A stretch of DNA of 64,000 bases from an uncultured Veillonellaceae bacterium (GCA_963805085.1 CAWDTA010000002.1:1280001-1344000), one strand, 5' to 3'. Positions 47,929-57,958 are shown, counted from the first letter of the stretch. The notes: a model not told the origin generated them from the sequence alone. Translations and numbers: made by a program.

Positions 47929-48384
47929 CTATAAAAATAACTTTCCAAACGATAAGACCATATAAACAATACCGGCGGCAATTAATGGGCCAACAGTGAT
48001 TCCCTTGAAGAAGAAAACACCGATCATGGTTCCGATAATTAAAGAGCTAACAACCTCGGGGGAACTTTTTAATAATTGAATGCCAATGCCACCAGAAAAA
48101 GCAGCGAAAACACCAGCTAGTATAGCAATGATACCAATCGGCGTTTTAAAAGATTCTAACATAATCGGCAGTGTGATACGCCCAGTCGCAAGGGGGACGA
48201 GAAGTGCTAAGGTAAGTAACGTAATGCCTAGATTTAACCCGTGGGCTTCAATCGTAGGAAACCAAGTATCTAAACCTAATAGTTTCATTACTAATAAAGC
48301 TCCTGTTGCATAAGCTACGGACATATTATGTCCGAGAAAACTAATTGCGAAAATCGCAAGTAAGGTGATATAAATACTATTCAT
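47929..48384 (-). CDS. DUF441 (YtwI-like) membrane protein
   Basis: N.SVA.A...LL, G...LT.A.L.P.ATG.I and GT..GV.FFKG..VGPLIAAGI. Confidence 0.8.
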   Translation of the reverse strand: MNSIYITLLAIFAISFLGHNMSVAYATGALLVMKLLGLDTWFPTIEAHGLNLGITLLTLALLVPLATGRITLPIMLESFKTPIGIIAILAGVFAAFSGGIGIQLLKSSPEVVSSLIIGTMIGVFFFKGITVGPLIAAGIVYMVLSFGKLFL

Positions 48385-48812
48385 TTTGTCGCGTCCTTCC
48401 AAGTGTTGTCATAAGAGGAACTAACTCAGTGGTAAAAAATGTCATCCTAATGAAAACAGTTAAGAAGTAAATTTACCATAAAATAGTTACCTAGAGATAT
48501 TCACTATAAATAATACACAGTTTACACTAAATAAGCCAAAAAATAAATACTTAACAAACATAGAAGATCGCTTGTTATTGGTAAATGAAGTATAAAAAGT
48601 AGTCACACATTTAACAATACTAATTATAAACGTGATTTGCTTACATATAAAATACGTTGATATACTTATCTTTATATGTAGAAGCCCAAGAAAACGGAAT
48701 AAAAAATTTACAAGACAAATTCTTTTTCAAAGATTATAATATTATTGTGATGATTGTTGTAAGTATAATAATACTTACGAAGACTTTATTAGAATTTAAA
48801 GGAGTATATTAC

Positions 48813-49106
48813 ATGGAAAATGTTTATCGTATAGCGATCCATTATAATGAGAATAACGGTTATATTGAATATGCAATTGATGCAAAGACTGCTAAGGTTG
48901 TACTAGACTCAGAAGAGAAAAAGGCAACAGTAGAAGCATATTTAGCGGAGGATCATGAAATAAATGTGCCACACGAAACCTTGATGGATTTTTCCAACCA
49001 ACTTGTAAAACCATTAAGTAGTCTAGAAGACTTAAAATTATCTCTTACAAGATTATGGGGGATTACTGGGGTATATGTTGATTGGAGTAGACCAGTTAAT
49101 GTATAA
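48813..49106 (+). CDS. Hypothetical protein (97 aa)
   Basis: AAGGAG RBS before ATG 48813 and a terminator at 49110-49142. Confidence 0.75.
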   Translation: MENVYRIAIHYNENNGYIEYAIDAKTAKVVLDSEEKKATVEAYLAEDHEINVPHETLMDFSNQLVKPLSSLEDLKLSLTRLWGITGVYVDWSRPVNV

Positions 49107-49166
49107 GTTAAAAAGATCTGTTCATAGGAACGGATCTTTTTTAGTTATATAGGAAAATAGGGCAAG

Positions 49167-49534
49167 TTGTTCACATAGATATTAACTTATCCACATTTTT
49201 ATCCACAAAACCCATGTTCTTGTGGATAAAAATGTGCAAATCCAAAGAAATCATAGGGGGAAAACAAACAGACTGTGCATAAATATGGGGATAGGTGTGG
49301 AAAAATAGAAATATAGTTTACAATTTACTGAATTTTAAAGTTGTTAGTTGCTATAATAAAAATATATTGAAAGCGAACGATCTCATATGACTATTTATCT
49401 AGTTACATAATAATAACTTATCCACATTTTTATCCACAAATTTGATAAATGTGTTGATAAGTAGGTGGAAAAGTCATATTTATGTTAGTAAAATAAATAA
49501 AAATGTGAATAAACCAGTAAATCCTTGTGGAAAA
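49167..49534. promoter_or_regulatory. DnaA-box cluster in two architecture-identical units
   Basis: TTWTNCACA matches at 49187, 49199, 49221r, 49274r, 49296r, 49418, 49430, 49504r and 49526r. One-mismatch boxes at 49167, 49233r, 49452r and 49464r. Confidence 0.85.
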
Positions 49535-49693
49535 GTAGAATTTTTTATTATTTATGGTTTTGATTATTGTTCACTTGGTAACGGTAATCAGGCCTGATAA
49601 GAAGAAAAAATAACCATCAAAATATTTATTGACAATATATTAAGATAGTGGTATTATAATATTTGTTGGTTGTGCGAAACGATTAATAAACAT

Positions 49694-49770
49694 GACTCTG
49701 TAGCTCAGCTGGATAGAGTGTTTGACTACGAATCAAAAGGTCGCAGGTTCGACTCCTGCCAGGGTCACCA
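49694..49770 (+). tRNA. tRNA-Arg (ACG)
   Basis: GACTCTG / CAGGGTC acceptor, tttga-ctacgaa-tcaaa anticodon arm and CCA. Promoter TTGACA(49629)-17-TATTAT; terminator at 49782-49813. Confidence 0.97.
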
Positions 49771-49895
49771 TTTTGAAATTTAAGGCTTTACGGCTTATCG
49801 TAAAGCTTTTTTTGTCTTTTAATCACTAGAATATTCTAGCGAATCATGAATAGTATAATATGCAATTTAGTTGATCACAGGGAGGGTTTTTAATC

Positions 49896-50273
49896 ATGGC
49901 TTCAAGACCGATAGATATTATAGTGATTAATGATACCAATTCAACTTTAAAGTTTGGATATGCAATTGCGCTACGTGGTAAAGTACCGTATGTGAGCTTG
50001 GGAGATGATACTTTAGTAGCGAACGGAGGCCGATGTACAGTTCATGCAGAAGAAAAGGATTCCGTAGATGGCTTCGGAATACAAGGTTCATTTTCATTTT
50101 TATTTCAAGACTATTCAGAACGTGTATTTAATTTTGCCTATAATTACCCAATGGAAATTTGTCAAACCTATGCACGTGTATCTGGCCCAACAGGCTATAA
50201 TTACAACACGAAGATCAATCATTTATCAGCAAATAGCGCAGTTTACACAATTATTTTGCAAAAACTTGAATAA
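49896..50273 (+). CDS. Aegerolysin/Cry34(Gpp34)-like small beta-sandwich protein
   Basis: 125 aa, beta-rich. MASRPIDIIVINDTNSTLKF, AE......G..GS..F, Y.YP and C-terminal YTI align by eye with the recalled Cry34Ab pattern. GGAGG RBS and own terminator at 50289-50328. Confidence 0.55.
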   Translation: MASRPIDIIVINDTNSTLKFGYAIALRGKVPYVSLGDDTLVANGGRCTVHAEEKDSVDGFGIQGSFSFLFQDYSERVFNFAYNYPMEICQTYARVSGPTGYNYNTKINHLSANSAVYTIILQKLE

Positions 50274-50436
50274 GTATGATTTAAATTTAAAATCCAGCTA
50301 TATCAATCTGACATAGCTGGATTTTTTTATTGGAAAAATAGGACTATAGGAATATAATTATGGTGAAATTGGTTATTTGTTCATGGAACATACTATTTTT
50401 GAAACTTTCGAAAAAATGAGTGGAGAGGTGTTTGTT

Positions 50437-50826
50437 TTGAGAATCGAACATGTTGCTTTATACACGAACAATTTAGAGAAAATGAAAAATTTTTATACGA
50501 AATATTTTAATGGCAATGCAAATAAAAAGTACAAAAATACGAAGAAAGGTTTTGAATCCTATTTTATTTTCTTCGAAACTGGTTCTAGACTAGAGCTTAT
50601 GCACCAGAAGGGAATCTGTGATACTAAAACTGAGTGTGATAACCTAGGGACTGGCTTTGTACACATGGCTTTTTCCGTTGGCAGTAAGGAAAAGGTAGAT
50701 GAACTCACCGCGACCTTAGTAGCCGTCGGCTGCCTAAAAGCCAGCGATCCTCGTACAACCGGCGATGGATACTACGAAAGCTCCATTTTCGATCCAGATG
50801 GGAATTTGATTGAGATAACGGTGTAG
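50437..50826 (+). CDS. VOC/glyoxalase family protein
   Basis: IEHVALY..NLE.M..FY..YF, RLELM, H.AFSVGS and PRTTGDGYYES...DPDGN.IE. GGAGAGGTG RBS before TTG. Confidence 0.9.
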   Translation: MRIEHVALYTNNLEKMKNFYTKYFNGNANKKYKNTKKGFESYFIFFETGSRLELMHQKGICDTKTECDNLGTGFVHMAFSVGSKEKVDELTATLVAVGCLKASDPRTTGDGYYESSIFDPDGNLIEITV

Positions 50827-50945
50827 GGGGAAAGCACTTCTATGCTAAAATATGTTATAATTTGAAAAATAAATACTAAAGCATAGCAAGGGGAATTTTT
50901 CAGATTATTTCGTGTTTTGAGTTTACAAAAGGAGTTGTGATAAGA

Positions 50946-51643
50946 ATGAAATCTTGGCAACGGTAAGTGCAGAGGAACGTAAGGATGAATGGAAGCAATC
51001 TGCTTATTCGTTTGAATCGATGAAAATGGTGTTTGTAGATATAATATTTGATCAGAATGCGCAGGTGGACGAGTTAAATCGGCTTGTTCTAAGTGATAAA
51101 GTCCAAGGTGTGTTTTCGCGGAATTTGGATTTTGCACAGGCTGGACTTTCGTTTTTAGGTCAAGATGAATTGGTGAAAAGATTGAGTGCGACTAGTGGCG
51201 AGGATGTGGCTGCGCTGGCGCAGAGTGATCCAGAGCGATATGCAAAGATTGTAAAGGATGGAGCTGTTTTCTATTGTCAGGGTATTTTAGAGGTGCGTTT
51301 CAAGCGCTATCAAGATACGGTTCGCTATATTCCCGAACTTATTGAAACGTATCAGACAGAGAAAAAAGTGCGTATCAATAAAACAGTGACCTCTTCCAAT
51401 GGACAAAATGTGACGGTCGATCAATGGGTAAGCGTGCCTGTGATCGAATCTAGAGTTGTGCCAGCAAATGATGAAATCACGGCACATACAGCCGTGGAAC
51501 TGACATTAATCGATACCAAGACTAATAAGACAGTATGGAAAATGGTGGACAGCCGTGATGCTGTGGACAAAGATAAGGATGGCATGATAAATCGTATTTT
51601 AAAACGTGTTTCCGATCGTTTGCTAGCAGTTAAAAGGTTTTGA
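50946..51643 (+). pseudogene. Exported-protein gene with apparent signal-peptide deletion/frameshift
   Basis: RBS AAGGAG plus ATG AAA at 50946 hits a stop after 6 codons. The main frame begins at the signal-cleavage remnant ATVSA|EE. Confidence 0.5.
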
Positions 51644-52102
51644 TATCTATAATGGATGTATGAGACATGGGCTCACGTCGTTGTTTATTTTGCTTGCATT
51701 GTTTGCATTTTTTAGATGATTTTATGCGGGAGTTATATAGTATTCATTCTGAAGTATAGAAGAAAATAATCTGTGAATATTATAAAAGCATTGAAATATT
51801 ATACAGTTATAAAGGTAGAGAAATTTTTTGAAAAAAATAGTTGAATTATGATAAAATACAGCTTGTGGGTAGAATATAGTATTTAAATTTTTTATTAAAA
51901 AAAACTCCTCAAGTGTACGAAAATCATAAATTTATTGATAAAAATTTAGTGCGATAGAAAAATGTAATTTAAGTATAGATACAATTTTTCGGCAACTATA
52001 GCCTGAGATTGCAAGTAATATTCTCAGAAATATTAAGATTTTATTACTGTTTCTAGTTACGTAAGTTGATATATTATTAATTTGATAAGAGGTTAGTTAT
52101 TA

Positions 52103-52735
52103 ATGGAGAAAGAAATAAAAATTGTTAGTCCAGTATATCAGCAAATAGCAGCTGATATTGCTTCTAAAATTGCAAATGGCTATTATGAACTCGGTTCTAA
52201 GATATATGCACGATCAGTACTTGCTAGCCAATATAGTGTTTCACCAGAAACTGCGAGAAGGGCCATTGCAATCTTGTCAGATATGGAAATTGTCGATGTC
52301 ACTAAAGGGAGTGGGGTAATCATTCGTTCTTGTGAAAACGCCATCAAATTTGTGAAGCAATATGATGATATTAAAACGGTCAATGATTTAAAACAAGATA
52401 TATTACATAGCCTTGAACGTCAAAAAAAAGAAAACGATTATTTAAAAAATCAGTTGATTGAGTTAATTGATAAAACAGATCGTTTTAAGTCAATAAATCC
52501 ATTTATTCCTTTTGAAATACTGATCAAGGGAAAAACTCCTTATCTTGAGAAAACAGTAGCTGAAATCAACTTTTGGCACAATACTTCAGCAACTATTATT
52601 TGTATAAAAAGAAATCATTGCCTTGAGATGTCGCCAGGTCCTTATGCAATTTTAAAAGAAGACGATATTTTTTATTTTATTGGTGATAAAAATTGTTATG
52701 AAAGAGTGAACAAATTTCTTTATCCATATAGCTAA
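52103..52735 (+). CDS. busR: GntR-HTH + RCK_C (TrkA_C) regulator, BusR-like
   Basis: YQQIA.DIA.KI..G.Y..G.KI..RS.LA.QY.VSPETARRA, C-terminal FWHNT.ATI..I.R.....SPGP RCK_C. Lies upstream of the osmolyte ABC genes. Confidence 0.8.
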   Translation: MEKEIKIVSPVYQQIAADIASKIANGYYELGSKIYARSVLASQYSVSPETARRAIAILSDMEIVDVTKGSGVIIRSCENAIKFVKQYDDIKTVNDLKQDILHSLERQKKENDYLKNQLIELIDKTDRFKSINPFIPFEILIKGKTPYLEKTVAEINFWHNTSATIICIKRNHCLEMSPGPYAILKEDDIFYFIGDKNCYERVNKFLYPYS

Positions 52736-52781
52736 AAAGGGTTGAAAATTAATGAAAGGTTAATTTTCAACCCTTTTTTTT
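52734..52781 (+). terminator. Terminator after busR
   Basis: aaaaagggttgaaaattaa / ttaattttcaacccttttt. Confidence 0.8.
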
Positions 52782-52789
52782 GAGCATTT

Positions 52790-52880
52790 TTTGTAAACAC
52801 TAACAACTTCATGGTAGATTGAAAGTTGTTAGTGTTTACAAAGAAACAACTTTATAATATAATTAAGTTGTTTCTTTGTA
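52790..52880 (+). promoter_or_regulatory. opu promoter with two overlapping perfect palindromes (candidate BusR operators)
   Basis: 20-bp arms at 52790-809 / 52823-42 and 16-bp arms at 52837-52 / 52865-80, both with an ACAACTT..AAGTTGT core. TTTACA(52835-40)-17-TATAAT(52858-63). Confidence 0.7.
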
Positions 52881-52938
52881 ACCGTAATAAAAAATAAATT
52901 TACGGTGTGATAAAGTCGTTAAATGAGGAGGAGATTTT

Positions 52939-54066
52939 ATGATAGAGTTTAAAAATGTAAGTAAATTTTTTAATGACAAGCAAATTTTGCGTGATATTTC
53001 TTTTATGATAAATCAGGGAGAACTAGTTGCAATTATTGGAGCAAGCGGGTGTGGAAAGACGACAATATTAAAAATGATTAACCGCCTAATTGATTCGTTT
53101 TCGGGAAAGATTTTTATCAATGGAGAAGATATTGTCAAGCAAGATATTATAAAATTACGGCGTAATATCGGTTATGTTATTCAACAAACAGGTTTATTTC
53201 CACATATGACGGTTAAAGAAAATATAGAAATTATTCCGAAAATTGAAAAAATGCATGAAGAAAAAATAATAAAAAGAACCTATGAAGTTATGGAGATGGT
53301 TGGTTTAAATAGTGATGAATATTTAAATCGTTATCCAAGTGAACTTAGTGGTGGACAGCAGCAAAGAGTGGGGATTGCGAGAGCTTTTGCTACAAATCCT
53401 AAAATTATCTTAATGGATGAACCATTTAGTGCACTTGATCCAATCACACGTTTACAACTTCAAGATGAGCTAATTAATTTACAGGCAAAAATAAAGAAGA
53501 CCATTGTTTTTGTAACACACGATATGAATGAAGCCATAAAAATAGCAGATAAAATTTGTATTCTCAATCAAGGCGAGATTATACAATATGATACTCCAGA
53601 AAATATTTTAAAAAATCCTGTTAATGATTTTGTTAGTACATTTGTTGGTAAGAATAGAATATGGTCTTCACCTGAATTTATTCGGGCGAAAGATATTATG
53701 ATTGATCAACCTCTTACCTGTTCTAAAAATTTATCTTTGTTAGAATGTGTAGAAAAGATGAAATTTACAAATGCAGATAGCCTGTTGATAGTTGACCCAT
53801 GTGATTATCTTTTGGGTATTGTTACGGCAAAGCAAACCCAAAATAGATCAGATAGACATGTGCTTGTAGAAAGTATTATGAAAAATGATTTTATCAAAAT
53901 TAATTCAGATGAGCCAATTATAAATATCCTTGAAATATTCAAGCAACATAAAATAGTTCAAGCACCAGTTGTTGATGAAAAAGGCTTATTAAAAGGGCTT
54001 ATTACCCAAAGTAGTTTATTGATAGCTCTTAGTCAGCAATTTTTAGATACTGAGGAGGTTGGATAG
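52939..54066 (+). CDS. Glycine betaine/carnitine/choline ABC transporter ATP-binding subunit with CBS pair (OpuCA-like)
   Basis: GASGCGKT, IGYVIQQTGLFPH, LSGGQQQR, MDEPFSALD and C-terminal CBS domains. Confidence 0.93.
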   Translation: MIEFKNVSKFFNDKQILRDISFMINQGELVAIIGASGCGKTTILKMINRLIDSFSGKIFINGEDIVKQDIIKLRRNIGYVIQQTGLFPHMTVKENIEIIPKIEKMHEEKIIKRTYEVMEMVGLNSDEYLNRYPSELSGGQQQRVGIARAFATNPKIILMDEPFSALDPITRLQLQDELINLQAKIKKTIVFVTHDMNEAIKIADKICILNQGEIIQYDTPENILKNPVNDFVSTFVGKNRIWSSPEFIRAKDIMIDQPLTCSKNLSLLECVEKMKFTNADSLLIVDPCDYLLGIVTAKQTQNRSDRHVLVESIMKNDFIKINSDEPIINILEIFKQHKIVQAPVVDEKGLLKGLITQSSLLIALSQQFLDTEEVG

Positions 54067-54067
54067 C

Positions 54068-55642
54068 ATGAACGAATGGTTTAGTTATTTATTTGAATTT
54101 AAAAATGAAATATTTTCTTTATCTGTTGAACATATAGAACTTACTTCGCTCGCTGTAGTGATAGCAATTTTATTAGGGATACCTTTAGGAATATTAATTA
54201 GCTATGTAAAAAGATTAAACAAGCCAGTTTTAGGTGTAGTTGGTGTTATACAAGCAATACCAAGCATGGCATTACTAGGTTTTTCTATTCCTTTATTGGG
54301 TATAGGAACAATGCCGGCCGTCGTGATGGTTATTTTGTATTCTCTTTTACCGATTATTAAAAACACAACCACCGGAATTAATAATATCAATTTGCAGACA
54401 TTAGAAGCAGCTAAAGGTATAGGTCTTACAAAATTACAAATTTTGTTTAAAATACAGCTTCCTTTAGCCATGCCAATGATTATGTCTGGAATTAGAATTG
54501 CAGCGGTTACTGCGGTGGGGTTAATGACAATGGCAGCCTTTATTGGTGGTGGTGGTCTAGGTTATTTGGTTTTCTCAGGAATAAGAACAGTGAATACAGA
54601 TCAAATTTTAGCTGGTGCCATTTCTGCTTGTATATTAGCAGTAGTTGTAGATGGAGTATTTGGAATTATTGAAAGCCTAGTCACGCCAACTAATTTACAA
54701 AAAAACAATAATAAAAAGAAATTAATGAAAATGGAAAGAAATACGCTAAAAAAAGGTGTATTAGTGAGTGTCGCTTGTGTTTTAGTGGGCTTATTTTTTG
54801 CTACTGGAATTTCGCAAGGATATACAGAAAATAAAGTAATCGTTATAGGAAGCAAAGACTTTACTGAACAAGAAATTATTGGAAATATGCTTGCGGAAGC
54901 TATTGAAAGGAAAACTGATATTTCTGTAGAACGTAAATTAGCTCTTGGCGGTACGCAAATTTGTTTTGAAGCGCTTAAGGCAGATGACATTGATATATAT
55001 GTTGATTATAGTGGCACCTGTTATGGTGATACGTTAAAATATTCGCCAATAACTAATGTTAAAACAGTATACAATACAGTGAAAAAAGATTTTAAAGCAA
55101 AGTTTAATATTGATGTGTTGAAACAAATGTCTTTTAATAATACGTATACTTTAGCAGTAAAAAAAGAAACGGCAGATAAGTATCATCTTAAAACAATTAG
55201 TGATTTAGCTAAGGTTGGCAATCAACTGACTGCAGCTACGTCATTAGAATTTCTTAATAGAGAAGATGGTATTATTGGGTTAAAGAAAAAATATAATTTT
55301 CATTTTAAAGATCAAATCGGTATTGATGGCAGTCCTAAATATTTAGCTTTAATGAATAATGAAAGTGATGTTACAGATGCATTTTCAACGGACGGACTAT
55401 TAAAAAAATATGATTTAACAATTTTACAAGATGATCAGCATTTTTTTCCGCCTTATTATGCAATTCCACTTGTACGCGCTGAAGTGACCGCAAAGTATCC
55501 AGAGATTGTTCCGATTATTGAAGAAGTAGGAGAATTGCTCAATGATAATGTAATGATTGCATTAAATTATCAAGTGGATGAATTAAAAAAAGATCCGAGG
55601 AAGGTTGCTATTGAATTTTTAAGAGAAAACAAAGTTATTTAA
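54068..55642 (+). CDS. Fused permease / substrate-binding subunit of osmoprotectant ABC transporter
   Basis: QAIPS.ALLG, EAA.GIG, IGGGGLG permease motifs, then IGSK.FTEQ, NNTY.LAV and FFPPY OpuAC-type binding domain. Confidence 0.92.
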   Translation: MNEWFSYLFEFKNEIFSLSVEHIELTSLAVVIAILLGIPLGILISYVKRLNKPVLGVVGVIQAIPSMALLGFSIPLLGIGTMPAVVMVILYSLLPIIKNTTTGINNINLQTLEAAKGIGLTKLQILFKIQLPLAMPMIMSGIRIAAVTAVGLMTMAAFIGGGGLGYLVFSGIRTVNTDQILAGAISACILAVVVDGVFGIIESLVTPTNLQKNNNKKKLMKMERNTLKKGVLVSVACVLVGLFFATGISQGYTENKVIVIGSKDFTEQEIIGNMLAEAIERKTDISVERKLALGGTQICFEALKADDIDIYVDYSGTCYGDTLKYSPITNVKTVYNTVKKDFKAKFNIDVLKQMSFNNTYTLAVKKETADKYHLKTISDLAKVGNQLTAATSLEFLNREDGIIGLKKKYNFHFKDQIGIDGSPKYLALMNNESDVTDAFSTDGLLKKYDLTILQDDQHFFPPYYAIPLVRAEVTAKYPEIVPIIEEVGELLNDNVMIALNYQVDELKKDPRKVAIEFLRENKVI

Positions 55643-56030
55643 AATAATACTATTCTTCTATAATTTTTTTTATATCTTAATAAAACTCATTGCTTGTGTA
55701 GGAAAAAGATAGCATAATCGACAGAATTTCAAAACATACTTCTAGGCGGTTAAAAGCAGTGAAAGAATACTTTGAAATTTATCTTTCAAGTGTGAGTTAC
55801 TTTAACGGTGAAGAAACTCTCTATTGTATTCTTAAAAATCAATAATTAAAAAAATAATTGGTGAAAAAGCGACTACGTTTTCTTGGACTAAACAGTAAAG
55901 TAAACTGTATACTGCATAGGAAACGGGTGGAGTCGGCACAATGGGCTTTATCCGTTCTTTTTAGAATGAAAACTATGAAAAAAGTGAAGTGCAAGATTTT
56001 ATCATTATTATTGGAAGAAGGAGAAGGTTT

Positions 56031-57839
56031 ATGGGGAAAGTCATTGTCAGGCGGGTTGATATCATTAATTGGATAGTTTTATCAGTTTTTATCGTACTTA
56101 TTGGCCGTTTAGGTTATTTACAAGTAGTACAAGGTCAGCATTACGCAAGGCTTGCAGATGGTAATCGTATTCGCATCATACCTATTAAGGCACCACGCGG
56201 GAATTTTTATGACCGCAATGGTGTGATGTTAGTCACTGACCGCCCAAGCTTTGTAGTGACGGCAGCAATTATTCCAAAGTCTAAGCAAGCGCGTGTGATT
56301 GAGAATTTGAGTAAAGTATTAAATATGAAGGCAGAAGATATCCGAAGTAAATTCAATCGAAATACAGGTTTTTCTTTTGAACCAATTCAAATCAAGTCAG
56401 ATGTTAATCAACAGGTAATAACCAAAATTGAAGGGAATCGAAGTGAGTTCCCCGGTGTAGTTATTAAGGCCCAACCAGTACGTCAATATATTTATGGTGG
56501 CGTTGCGGCGCACGTTTTTGGATATGTCGGAGAGATTAGTGAGGAAGAGATAAAAAAGAACAAAGAACATGGCTATAAAACTTGGGATATTGTAGGAAAG
56601 TTTGGTTTAGAAAAGGTGTATGACAAATATATTCGTGGAATAACTGGCGCCGAAAGAGTAGAAGTGGATGCTGATGGGCAGTTTATAAAAGTATTGGATG
56701 ATAAGCTCCCAATCTTAGGAAATAATTTAATGCTGACGATTGACAATTCTATTCAGCAGGCTGCAGAAAAGGCGATTGATGAAAGATTACTTTATTTGCA
56801 GTCAAAGGAACATAGAGCTAAAGCAAAAGCGGCGGCGGTTGTAGTTATGAATCCGAAAACTGGCGAAATTTTAGCAATGGCAAGCCGTCCAACCTTTAAT
56901 CCGAACTTATTTAATGACGGTATATCTAAAAAAAATTGGGATTTACTGATTGATAATCCGTTTAATCCTATGGAAAATCGAGCAGTTTCCGGTGAATATC
57001 CGCCAGGATCTGTTTTTAAAATTGTTACGGGAACAGCGGCATTGGAACTGAAAAAAGTTACCATAGAGGAAAAGATATTAGATACTGGCAAGCATTGGCT
57101 AATTGATAAAGGAAATGCCGGGGGAGAAGCCTTGGGCTGGATTGATTTTCAAGAAGCGTTAACAAAATCGGATAACGTATATTTTTATGAAATGGGTAAT
57201 CGGGTTGGAATTGATAATCTAGAAAAATATGCACGGATGTATGGATTAGGAAATGTTACTGGTATCGAATTACAGGGCGAATCTAAGGGGTTGGTAGCAA
57301 ATCGGCGATATAAGGAAGAAATGTACAAGGATAGATGGTATCTATCGGAAACTTTTGATGCTGCAATTGGTCAGGGATTTCAATTGGTGACACCGCTTCA
57401 AATGGCTATGCTTATGGGAGAAATCGCTAACGGCGGCTACCGCTATAAGCCGTTTTTAGTCAGTAAAATTATTTCGCCTAAGGGTAAAACGATAAAGACA
57501 TTTTCGCCAAAACAGACAGGTAGGATAAAAATATCAGAGCCTACGCTTGAAGTCATCCGCAATGCTTTAAAAGGAGTATCATTGCCAGGAGGTACGGCTG
57601 CGCAAGCTTTTCAAGGATTTCCTATTTCGGTTGCTGGTAAGACTGGAACGGCGGAAAACTCACATGGGGATGATCATGGTTGGTTTGTCGCTTATGCACC
57701 GGCCGATGACCCGCAGGTTGTGGTTTCAGTGATTGTCGAAAATGGTGGGTATGGATCACAAGCGGCGGCTCCTATTGCCAAAGATATTTTGGCGGCATTT
57801 TTTCATGTACAAGGGTCTGTAAATGTCATAACAAATTAA
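56031..57839 (+). CDS. mrdA: Penicillin-binding protein 2 (class B transpeptidase)
   Basis: APRG..YDRNG, GK.GLEK.YD, PPGSVFK (SxxK), SDNVYFY (SxN) and GKTGTAE. Confidence 0.9.
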   Translation: MGKVIVRRVDIINWIVLSVFIVLIGRLGYLQVVQGQHYARLADGNRIRIIPIKAPRGNFYDRNGVMLVTDRPSFVVTAAIIPKSKQARVIENLSKVLNMKAEDIRSKFNRNTGFSFEPIQIKSDVNQQVITKIEGNRSEFPGVVIKAQPVRQYIYGGVAAHVFGYVGEISEEEIKKNKEHGYKTWDIVGKFGLEKVYDKYIRGITGAERVEVDADGQFIKVLDDKLPILGNNLMLTIDNSIQQAAEKAIDERLLYLQSKEHRAKAKAAAVVVMNPKTGEILAMASRPTFNPNLFNDGISKKNWDLLIDNPFNPMENRAVSGEYPPGSVFKIVTGTAALELKKVTIEEKILDTGKHWLIDKGNAGGEALGWIDFQEALTKSDNVYFYEMGNRVGIDNLEKYARMYGLGNVTGIELQGESKGLVANRRYKEEMYKDRWYLSETFDAAIGQGFQLVTPLQMAMLMGEIANGGYRYKPFLVSKIISPKGKTIKTFSPKQTGRIKISEPTLEVIRNALKGVSLPGGTAAQAFQGFPISVAGKTGTAENSHGDDHGWFVAYAPADDPQVVVSVIVENGGYGSQAAAPIAKDILAAFFHVQGSVNVITN

Positions 57840-57958
57840 GAATAAGTGGCATAGTTGCTATACATATTCATACAAAAACAGTACTTATAATAGGAATTAT
57901 AATAAGTTGATATAATAAATAAAAAAAGAAAAAATACGGTGATGAAGGAGGAAAAATA

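Noticed and set aside
48657-48812. N-terminal extensions given by the ORF track (also 9967, 50377, 55989, 38606)
   Set aside because: Downstream starts have clear Shine-Dalgarno sequences, and the extensions run through AT-rich promoter DNA.
49167-49575. oriC
   Set aside because: No dnaA/dnaN/rpmH/gidA nearby and no switch in gene orientation bias. Kept as a non-origin DnaA-box cluster, though skew cannot be computed here.
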